A stretch of 63,463 nt of DNA, from positions 1,012-64,474 of the forward strand of contig VMHB01000004.1 in assembly GCA_007378985.1 (NCBI GenBank), in the 5' to 3' direction. The notes beneath the pieces are model-generated. The model was not told the DNA's origin, made no database searches, and saw only the letters and a list, made by a program, of their open reading frames with translations. Every line of letters begins with the position of its first letter. The stretch's first letter is position 1. The translations under genes and the position numbers were made by a program. Positions 45,822 through 53,805 of this stretch are shown here, in pieces. The stretch comes from Parcubacteria group bacterium Greene0714_7. Its GTDB lineage: Bacteria > Patescibacteriota > Minisyncoccia > Phycocordibacterales > Phycocordibacteraceae.

Positions 45822-46569
45822 AGCGAATGATATCTTCCTCTCGACAATTACCAAGAGCGACCTCGACAATCGCCCCTCCCTCTTTGGAACTCAATCGATG
45901 CTTTGTACCCTTCGCCACAAAAATAAAATCGCCTTCCCGCAATTTCTTTTTCTCCGATCCAATCTCGGCAATAACTGTGCCCGTAACACAAACCCAAAGC
46001 TCATCGCGTCCCGTATGTGACTGCAAAGACAGTTCTTCATTTGGTTTTACGGTGATTGTCTTCACCCAATAGTTTGCCGCAGTAACATGAGTAACCATTT
46101 TCCCCCATGGTCGCTCGACCTTAATGCCTTGCATGCTGGTTTTATCAGTAAGCCACGATGATGACTGCATTTTTCCACCTTTGCCAACACTAAACACCAT
46201 TTCGATGCCGAGTTTTTTACACAACTCCATTTCTGGCGTGTTATCGCGCCCTCTATCTCCACCATTCGCAAAAATAGCCGGCTTCACTGCAGCAAGCTCC
46301 CTGTTCACACTACGATCAGGGTCATTTTCTGTATGGCTTGTTATGACAACCTTATCAACCAAACCTGTTTCAAGAAGGATTTCCTTGCGTTCATTCTGAG
46401 TCATAAACACAAACCCTTTTTTAGTCATGAGCCAATTGTCGTTGTTGAGTATTACCACAAGCTTCTTTCCCAATTTCTTGGCGTTTTTAAACATACGCAC
46501 ATGACCGATATGGATTGGGTCAAACCCCCCTGACACGGCAACAACACCACCATCTTTTGTTTTTTTCAT
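45796..46569 (-). CDS. Fusion of a cytidylyl/adenylyltransferase domain with a type-II PMI-like cupin
   Basis: VAVSGGFDPIHIGHVRMF, then LSLQSHTGRDELWVCVTG..KGTKHRL. Confidence 0.7.
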   Translation of the reverse strand: MKKTKDGGVVAVSGGFDPIHIGHVRMFKNAKKLGKKLVVILNNDNWLMTKKGFVFMTQNERKEILLETGLVDKVVITSHTENDPDRSVNRELAAVKPAIFANGGDRGRDNTPEMELCKKLGIEMVFSVGKGGKMQSSSWLTDKTSMQGIKVERPWGKMVTHVTAANYWVKTITVKPNEELSLQSHTGRDELWVCVTGTVIAEIGSEKKKLREGDFIFVAKGTKHRLSSKEGGAIVEVALGNCREEDIIRYEDKYGRT

Positions 46570-46615
46570 AGGGCTACTTAAGGAATACGAAGTTTAACAG
46601 ATTGGGAATGATGCC

Positions 46616-47878
46616 TCAAAATAGACTAAATACCTTCTCTTTCATGTCTTTAGCTATAAGATTCCAGTCATAGCCTTTCTGGGCAAGCGCCTGTGCGTTC
46701 TGTACTACCAACGTTACAACCTCAGGGTGCTCCACGATATTGTTCACCGTTTCAGCTATTTGCTTTGGATTGTCTGCATCAACCACAAAACCAGTTGGTG
46801 CTTGTTCTGGGTTGTGCACCACATCAAAGAGAAAATCAGCAATACCTCCCTCTTGAGTTGCAATTACGGGAATACCCGACGCAAAAGCCTCTATGAATGA
46901 ATTTCCCATTCCCTCCGAGCGTGAGGGTCGAATAAATATATCGGACACCTTTAGATACTTCGGGAGATCCTCGTGAGTAACATGACCGAGAAACAGTACT
47001 CTAGCTTCTAGGTTATAGGTTCTAGCTTCTAGCTTTAACTTCTCCTCATCAGGGCCAGTGCCGAGAATAAGAAATTTTATATTTTCAGGGAGAAATGAGA
47101 GCGAAGAAATAACATCATCAATCGCATTCTTATGAACGAGCCGTGATGCAGTAATAAGAAAAACATCATCCTTTTTTTTCTGTAGTTTCTCTTTGAGAAC
47201 AATAAGCTCCTGCTCAGGAACTTCTTTTGAAAACGCCACAGTATTCACACCATTCGGAATTACTATAGGCTCGCCCGCATACCCCATTCGTTTTGCCCAT
47301 GTTCCGAGAAAAGTAGAAATAACCTGCACTCTGTCTGCACTCGTAAAAGCATATCTAAATAGAGGCCATGCTGGCAACGCAAGGCGTTCGATATATTTCG
47401 GCGGATCTCCTTCTTGAAGCGTAAGAACATACTTCACCCGAGGTTTGAGAAATTTAAATATCCCTATGGCAATACCAACTGAATGTGCCATCATCCCCCA
47501 TATACCATCGTAGTTATATTTTTTGTGAAGACCAAGTGCGTAGAGTGGTGCGAGTCCTTGAAAAAGAAATTTATTTAAAGCGAGCGGAAACTTCTTTAAA
47601 TCAACCATCGATGGATTCTGCACAGCAAACCCAATGCGGTGCACCAACACATTTCCTACTTGCTCCACCTTTGGCAAGGCTGAGTCAAAACGAAGCGTCA
47701 CCATATGAAACTCAATATCCGCAGGAAGTATGCGGTCAGTAATCTCTTTAATAGCAACCTCGGCGCCCCCTATATATTTTGGATAGTATGCGAGAGAAAA
47801 AATGAGAACTCGTTTCACCCCGTTGTGAATTTTCGCGTCATCCCTGCGGTCATTGTTTACAGTCGAGGAAGTGCTCAT
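46616..47878 (-). CDS. GT4 glycosyltransferase
   Basis: SEGMGNSFIEAFASGIPVIATQEGG. Confidence 0.8.
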   Translation of the reverse strand: MSTSSTVNNDRRDDAKIHNGVKRVLIFSLAYYPKYIGGAEVAIKEITDRILPADIEFHMVTLRFDSALPKVEQVGNVLVHRIGFAVQNPSMVDLKKFPLALNKFLFQGLAPLYALGLHKKYNYDGIWGMMAHSVGIAIGIFKFLKPRVKYVLTLQEGDPPKYIERLALPAWPLFRYAFTSADRVQVISTFLGTWAKRMGYAGEPIVIPNGVNTVAFSKEVPEQELIVLKEKLQKKKDDVFLITASRLVHKNAIDDVISSLSFLPENIKFLILGTGPDEEKLKLEARTYNLEARVLFLGHVTHEDLPKYLKVSDIFIRPSRSEGMGNSFIEAFASGIPVIATQEGGIADFLFDVVHNPEQAPTGFVVDADNPKQIAETVNNIVEHPEVVTLVVQNAQALAQKGYDWNLIAKDMKEKVFSLF

Positions 47879-47952
47879 ACAACTTATTTAAAAATTAAGT
47901 TCCAAAAATATAGAGGGATGAAAACCGCAACGCCAAAATCTACAAACAGGGT

Positions 47953-48810
47953 TCATTTCTTTGCTGTTATTTCCTGAATGTATTCTAAGACACCCTTTGT
48001 TGGATTCCATCCCAATGACTGGGCCTTAGAAATATCAATAGTAGAACTCTCTCGGTTTCCTGCACGTTCAGGAAGCATAACAATAGGATCACCAAACATC
48101 TTCGCAATCTCTAAAATGGAATATTGTCTTGTGTCCCCTAGCCCGTAGTTGTCGCCTTCACCTTTCTCACCAACCAATACTAGTCCAGCAACAATGTCAC
48201 CAACATGCGTGAAGTTACGCTTCTGCGTTCCGGGGGTCACCACACCAAGCACTTCTCCCTTCAAATGTTTCTGCCGGAAAATTTCAATGACGGTGCCGTA
48301 CTGCCCCGCTCGCTCTCGAGGACCATACACATTGTAGAAGTAAGTAACCGCATACGGTAGTCCGTACCATTCACTATAATTTTTCACGAGCTCTGTATTT
48401 GCAGCTTTCGTCCACGCATACGGAGTAGCGGTACGGCTGAGCCCTCCATCGCCAAACTTTGTTGAAGAGCCCGCATACACTATTTTGCATTTTCGTTTTC
48501 TCCAAAACTCCAACACCCCAAAAGTACCAAGAGTATTCAAGTCAAAAACCAGCTCTGGCTCAGCAAGACTTATTTCCACGCGCGAATATTCACCAAGGTG
48601 ATAGATAAGGTCAATGTGCTCAGGAATAAATTTTTCAATGTCTTTAGTGTGCCCTTCCCGATACTCCACCCCAGCAACATGGTTATCCTTTGAGCCAGAA
48701 AAATAATTATCGAGTGAAATGACCGTATGACCATCTTTTACCAACCTCTCGCACAAATGCGAACCCACAAGTCCAGCTCCCCCGGTTACCAATATTGTTT
48801 TCTTATTCAT
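47953..48810 (-). CDS. NAD-dependent epimerase/dehydratase (UDP-glucuronate decarboxylase-like)
   Basis: ILVTGGAGLVGSHLCERLVKDGHTVISLDNYFSG. Confidence 0.8.
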   Translation of the reverse strand: MNKKTILVTGGAGLVGSHLCERLVKDGHTVISLDNYFSGSKDNHVAGVEYREGHTKDIEKFIPEHIDLIYHLGEYSRVEISLAEPELVFDLNTLGTFGVLEFWRKRKCKIVYAGSSTKFGDGGLSRTATPYAWTKAANTELVKNYSEWYGLPYAVTYFYNVYGPRERAGQYGTVIEIFRQKHLKGEVLGVVTPGTQKRNFTHVGDIVAGLVLVGEKGEGDNYGLGDTRQYSILEIAKMFGDPIVMLPERAGNRESSTIDISKAQSLGWNPTKGVLEYIQEITAKK

Positions 48811-48928
48811 ACAATACAACTACCTCTTGCACCGCCCGCCTGCCCCGTAGCGAGCTTCGCTCTGCTACTGGGTTAACAAGTATTGTTTTCTTTCCTAAGT
48901 CTTGAGCCATGAATTTTATTTTTTGATT

Positions 48929-50362
48929 CTACTCCTCTTCAACGATTGTATAACCTGTTGTCGTACCTTTGCTACCCCGAATAAGTAACACTGCACTTAT
49001 CCCAATCCCAATAACTGCAAGAAGCCCTACAATCCAAGGAAGCATACCAAATGAAGGGAGTTCTGGCATTGAGGTTGAGCTAAAAGCAGTAACAGGTGCA
49101 GCAAGAAGATTTGAAGATGAGTTAGACTGGCGCACCGTGTTTGAAGATTGAACCATGCTCAAAGAAGGTTCTTTTTCATATGATACTGCTCCCCCAACTG
49201 CTTTTCGCGCCATAATTAATTCTGTCCCATATGTCGCAGCCAATGTGCCATTAGGGTATAGCAATGACACAGCATGGGGTGACGATGGAGTGAGCCCTGT
49301 TGCGATATTCGATATCGCAACAGATTCATGTGGAAATAAAATCGTATTAGCGGGAAACCTAAAAATCTGACCATCGGCGGTGAGTTGCCACAAACCTAAA
49401 TTCAGTTCGATATTGGAGCTGTTGGTAATTTCCACAAAGTCAGAATTGACTTCGGAAACTGAGACCTGCGCCGGAACAACCGTCACAGTGAGTCGTGTAG
49501 TCGCACTATATATTTCTGATGATGCATCAAGTATCACTACATATCTCCCAGGATATAGAAATGCATACAAAACTGACCGACCTTCGCGACTCTCACCATT
49601 CCCAAAATTCCAAACCAAACGGGCATTGGTAATAGCCTCCCCTTTCAACCCCTGCACACGCCCCTCGAATACAGTACCTGCACTCGCAATCACCGTCCTA
49701 TCTCCTCCTGCAGATACACTAATCTTTGGTTCAATAAAATATGAGCCACTAGAATTCGAGGAGGTGCTTGACGCAACACTCGAGTTAGAAGTTTCAATAT
49801 TGGTACCTTGATTACCTGAAGTGCCAGATGTACCACCTCCACCAACAGCAGAGCTCGGTGTAGGCGAAGATGCCGTAAATGAAAAGCCTACCTTCTGAAG
49901 AGAGTTGCCATCACCATTTGCACCTAACTCTGGACTATATGTCATCGAATCAATATCAATCAAGGAATCATTCCGTAGTGTTAATGTCTCACCGTTTGTA
50001 TTGTTTAATCCACCTGAAAAAACGGTATCGAAAATTTGTCCAGAGAAGCTCGGCCAATCAGCAAGAAATTTTGAAGGATTATCTACCAAGACCGCGTAGC
50101 CTCCGGTGGCTAATGTAGAACCGCCCGTGTACGCACTAATGCCATGATTCGTTCCCCCTTCAAATAACTTCCACTTTGAGAGATCAAAAGACGCTCCTGA
50201 ATTGTAGACTTCAATCCACTCATGCCCGTCATCCGACCCAGCAGGGTCATACATAACCTCAGAGATAGAAACGGAAGCGAAAGACCAGATTGGAAAAAAG
50301 GAAAAGAGGGCGACCAAAATTAGGAGCGAGTATTTACATTGCGTTTTTGAGCACTGCGCCAT
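48929..50362 (-). CDS. Secreted, C-terminally anchored protein with two lamin-tail (LTD) domains
   Basis: Signal peptide. SISEVMYDPAGSDDGHEWIEVYNSG and VSVSEVNSDFVEITNSS. C-terminal TM segment. Confidence 0.7.
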   Translation of the reverse strand: MAQCSKTQCKYSLLILVALFSFFPIWSFASVSISEVMYDPAGSDDGHEWIEVYNSGASFDLSKWKLFEGGTNHGISAYTGGSTLATGGYAVLVDNPSKFLADWPSFSGQIFDTVFSGGLNNTNGETLTLRNDSLIDIDSMTYSPELGANGDGNSLQKVGFSFTASSPTPSSAVGGGGTSGTSGNQGTNIETSNSSVASSTSSNSSGSYFIEPKISVSAGGDRTVIASAGTVFEGRVQGLKGEAITNARLVWNFGNGESREGRSVLYAFLYPGRYVVILDASSEIYSATTRLTVTVVPAQVSVSEVNSDFVEITNSSNIELNLGLWQLTADGQIFRFPANTILFPHESVAISNIATGLTPSSPHAVSLLYPNGTLAATYGTELIMARKAVGGAVSYEKEPSLSMVQSSNTVRQSNSSSNLLAAPVTAFSSTSMPELPSFGMLPWIVGLLAVIGIGISAVLLIRGSKGTTTGYTIVEEE

Positions 50363-50407
50363 ACGCTGTAGTATTTTTTATTACTACATAGTACAGCCTT
50401 TTAAAGC

Positions 50408-51907
50408 CTACGCCGGAAGACCTATACCAGAAATAGGCTCCACATGGAGCATTCGTCGAAGATCATCTTCGGGAATCTCTGAAGTTTGCTTTTCTTCTTT
50501 CTTTGAAGAAGTATTTTCTTTTTTAGTCGCATCATCCGCCTTCGCATCAGGGGTTTTTGTTTTTGGTTTTTCGCCAGAGTCAACTTTCTTTTCTCCTACT
50601 GGTTCTCCTGGTGTTGGCGTAGCTGTACGCTTGTTAAAGATAGAGCGGAATGTATCTGAAAATGACCCCGGCTCACCTCCCTTTCCTTTATCTTTTGGAT
50701 CCTCTTCCTTAGGGGCTTTGAAAAGCGCATCAATTTTTACTCGCTGAGTTGTGTATTTTTCTCGAGAAAAGGTCTGTAAATCTTGGTACGACTCCCCCGT
50801 TCTCTCGGGGCGTGGAAGTGCCATGGCAAAAAACGGACGCGCGCGTACTGAATCAATAGTGAGCGCAACGCACATTTCACCCTCCTTCAATTTTGATAAA
50901 TCCTCTGGCGAAACATACGGATAAAAAATCTTTTCAGCGAGTGAGAAATCTGCAGGATGCGGTGCAAATGCAAGAACCGATCCACATCGTCGAAATGCTT
51001 TTTCATATAACTCTTCATCTTCTTCATTTTGTGGCGTACTTGCGAACGCACATGCAACCTTCCGTTCTGGCAGCATGAGCTCAATATCTTTTTCAGAAAG
51101 GTATTTCAAACAGTCATATAAATAGAGCGCGGTGTTTTCACCAAGTACCCCTCGAGCACGAGCTGCATGGGTAAATATACGCACCAAGGGCGTTATGCGT
51201 GTTGGAAACATTCGAATACGCGACATATCAACGACAACCACAGCCCCAGCGTTATTTTGTGCGAGCGAAAATTTTGATTCTGTCTGCCCAAGAACATTGC
51301 GCACCAAAGTATCTTTCGCAATGTAACGGCCATGCTCAATAATTAACGCAACATCCTCTTCATTCGACTTCATAATCTCTTCAAAACGAATACTCTCTGG
51401 AGTTTGAACACCAAACATTTTGTCGCGCGCTTTTGGATCAGCAACTGCGTTATATAAACAAAGCGCACTTACATCTTGGCGAGCAAGAGAAAATTCAGCA
51501 ATGTATTCAGTAAGGGCACTTGGAGCAATGCGATACATGCTGGCTAGTGCTTCAGAAAAAACACCAACGGCTTTTTCACCAAGTGGACGAAATTCATTAA
51601 TAGGATTCCACGAAAAAGGATGCTCTCCGTCAGAAGGGTCAAGAAATACAAGTCGCTCGCGGGCACTCTCGCTTAAACGCTCTAAAAGCATTGGCACCAA
51701 ATTTCCTGATGCATCCAAAATAACTACACTCATCCCTCGCTCAATATCTTGCAGAGCCATGCCCGCAAAAAGAGTTGCACGGCCACTGCCAGCCTTCCCC
51801 ATGACAGAAAAGTGTTCTAAGCGGTCAGCGTCTTTAATACCAAACGGCACCACACCATCACGAAAAGCTGTTTTCCCGATGTAGGTCACTTTGCCACCCC
51901 AATCCAT
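50408..51907 (-). CDS. VirD4/TraD-like (T4SS coupling-protein-like) P-loop ATPase with Lys/Glu-rich tail
   Basis: Walker A GKAGSGRAT, FLDPSDGEHPFSWNP, Walker B-like VVVVDMS. No N-terminal TM segment. Confidence 0.5.
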   Translation of the reverse strand: MDWGGKVTYIGKTAFRDGVVPFGIKDADRLEHFSVMGKAGSGRATLFAGMALQDIERGMSVVILDASGNLVPMLLERLSESARERLVFLDPSDGEHPFSWNPINEFRPLGEKAVGVFSEALASMYRIAPSALTEYIAEFSLARQDVSALCLYNAVADPKARDKMFGVQTPESIRFEEIMKSNEEDVALIIEHGRYIAKDTLVRNVLGQTESKFSLAQNNAGAVVVVDMSRIRMFPTRITPLVRIFTHAARARGVLGENTALYLYDCLKYLSEKDIELMLPERKVACAFASTPQNEEDEELYEKAFRRCGSVLAFAPHPADFSLAEKIFYPYVSPEDLSKLKEGEMCVALTIDSVRARPFFAMALPRPERTGESYQDLQTFSREKYTTQRVKIDALFKAPKEEDPKDKGKGGEPGSFSDTFRSIFNKRTATPTPGEPVGEKKVDSGEKPKTKTPDAKADDATKKENTSSKKEEKQTSEIPEDDLRRMLHVEPISGIGLPA

Positions 51908-51994
51908 GAAACTAGTGTATAGCGTTTAGCGTTGAGGGTCTAGCGAAGACACAAATATACAAAGAGACTAAGTGGCTAAATGATTAAATAGAGA

Positions 51995-52036
51995 CGATAT
52001 AGTTTAATCTAACGATCGTTAGATTAAACTATATCG
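51995..52036. promoter_or_regulatory. Palindrome B1 (42 nt, perfect)
   Basis: CGATATAGTTTAATCTAACGA/TCGTTAGATTAAACTATATCG. Lies 88 nt upstream of the ATG at 51907. Confidence 0.5.
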
Positions 52037-52070
52037 ATTTTTCTCTCTATCTTGGTGAAACCCTTGAAGA

Positions 52071-52652
52071 TTATTTAGCCGGAGACAAACCAAAACGGCG
52101 GCGGAGAGCTCCGTCATTCTCTATGGTGTCAGCAATGATGTACAGAACTTCCTGTCCCATCTTGAGGTCAGCCTTGATGAGTATAATCAAATCTTCACAA
52201 TCATACGGATACGCCCACACACTATTTTGCAGACGAACAAACCCAAGATTGATGAGTGCCATTCGCATCTTGTCGCGCAAACCTCGTCGCTTTTCTTCGA
52301 TATCAAAAACAAGCACGCGCCACTTACCATCCCATTGTTTTGGTTTTTTAGGAGTCAGCGCACCTTCATGCACCAACATCGCAAATCGCTCCCCTTTCGG
52401 AGTCAAAGACGCATACGAAGTGCCATTTCTTTTTTCAAGAACAATGTATCCTTCACGAATCATTCGTGAAAAAGACTCTTTCACCTGATAGCGTCGTTGA
52501 TTAAGAAATTTCATCTTTCCCAACGCCCCAAGAACATTTGGTGCGACAGATGCCACAGCAAGAGTACCTGTCAGTGCAACAGCATTAATGATGGCACTAT
52601 TAACTTTTGTTCGACGAATCTTCCCCTTCAGTGCCTGTTCAATTTTTCCCAT
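52071..52652 (-). CDS. PaaX-like transcriptional regulator, paralog 2
   Basis: WDGKWRVLVFDIEEKRRGLRDKMRMALINLGFVRLQNSVWAYP. Confidence 0.65.
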   Translation of the reverse strand: MGKIEQALKGKIRRTKVNSAIINAVALTGTLAVASVAPNVLGALGKMKFLNQRRYQVKESFSRMIREGYIVLEKRNGTSYASLTPKGERFAMLVHEGALTPKKPKQWDGKWRVLVFDIEEKRRGLRDKMRMALINLGFVRLQNSVWAYPYDCEDLIILIKADLKMGQEVLYIIADTIENDGALRRRFGLSPAK

Positions 52653-52737
52653 ATGCGATTTAGCGAAATCGTGTCGCGCACCGTCTCTTAAGACGCGACC
52701 CGAAAAAAAATAATGTAGTAAAATTCTTAAATAATAA

Positions 52738-52779
52738 CGATATAGTTTAATCTAACGATCGTTAAATTATACTATATCG
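52738..52779. promoter_or_regulatory. Palindrome B2 (42 nt, 2 mismatches)
   Basis: Lies 86 nt upstream of the regulator ATG at 52652. 39 nt are identical to B3. Confidence 0.5.
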
Positions 52780-52825
52780 TAAGAATATAAGGAATATAGT
52801 GCAAAACCAGTTATACCCGAGAACA

Positions 52826-53251
52826 CTAGTTCTTTTTTCGAAGAGCGGTAGTTTTCCAAACAATAATTCCTAAACTAATCACCGCAAAAACCCCTCCCAT
52901 AAACCACGCAGTATCCTCTCTCACAAATGAATAGAGTGGCATCCACGAGTTACTTGTGGTGGGAGTAATGGTAATAACAAGTATCGAGAAAGGAACCCAC
53001 CACAACGCAAATTTGAACCAGGAACTAAAGGCCTTGGGAAATAGTATGAGAATAAAAGTGATAGGTAACGTAAATAAAGCAAAGATAAATAATGGGACAC
53101 CGACAATTTCTATACTATCGTCAGCACAGCCAATATAATTGGAAAATTGATATGTTCTGATACACAGACCAAAAACTAGCGGATGACTAAAAATGTAGCC
53201 AGCAACAGTAGCCAGCGATGCAAATAAAAATCCAATTACAGAATGTTTCAT
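52826..53251 (-). CDS. Small polytopic membrane protein
   Basis: 141 aa with four hydrophobic segments. Confidence 0.5.
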   Translation of the reverse strand: MKHSVIGFLFASLATVAGYIFSHPLVFGLCIRTYQFSNYIGCADDSIEIVGVPLFIFALFTLPITFILILFPKAFSSWFKFALWWVPFSILVITITPTTSNSWMPLYSFVREDTAWFMGGVFAVISLGIIVWKTTALRKKN

Positions 53252-53805
53252 AAATTAAAAAATTCTTTCAAAAATTTCCATGAACCTCCAAAACCATTGT
53301 ATACCTCTCGAACAAAGCGAGAGAATCCTCTCTGTTGAGAAACAGACGGAGAAGTCGTTGGAATGTGTGGTTTGATTTTCACTTCCTGAAGAAGTTTTTT
53401 CTCAGAACTCTTCAAAGTCGGCTCTACCTTCTTTGTGGGTGTAATTTGAAAATCCTGTACTGGTGTAGCTGTTGCATGAGTTTGATCTAGAGTAGATTCA
53501 GAAAAAATTGCAACAGTACTTGTGCCCGCAACAATACCAACGGGAGTATTCCAAATTGGCCCTCCACCACCAGTTTTCACAGGAGTTTCTATCGTAACTT
53601 CTTCTGGTTCCACAGATTCTTCATACATTATAGTTTCCCCGACTAATGGCTGGAGTGTGATGTCTATTTTCCCATCGCCGTCTTCATCAACTTCAAGTGG
53701 TGAGGCAGTTTCAATACCATCCTCTATACTTAAGGTAACCTTTGTATTTTCAGTCGTTGGTATATTTGCGAGAGTGGTTTGTTGCATCACACTATCTCCT
53801 TCCAT
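53248..53805 (-). CDS. Hypothetical protein (may be a displaced C-terminal part of the upstream lipase-like gene)
   Basis: 185 aa, acidic with DEDGDGKID. Overlaps the upstream ORF by 14 nt. Confidence 0.4.
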   Translation of the reverse strand: MEGDSVMQQTTLANIPTTENTKVTLSIEDGIETASPLEVDEDGDGKIDITLQPLVGETIMYEESVEPEEVTIETPVKTGGGGPIWNTPVGIVAGTSTVAIFSESTLDQTHATATPVQDFQITPTKKVEPTLKSSEKKLLQEVKIKPHIPTTSPSVSQQRGFSRFVREVYNGFGGSWKFLKEFFNL

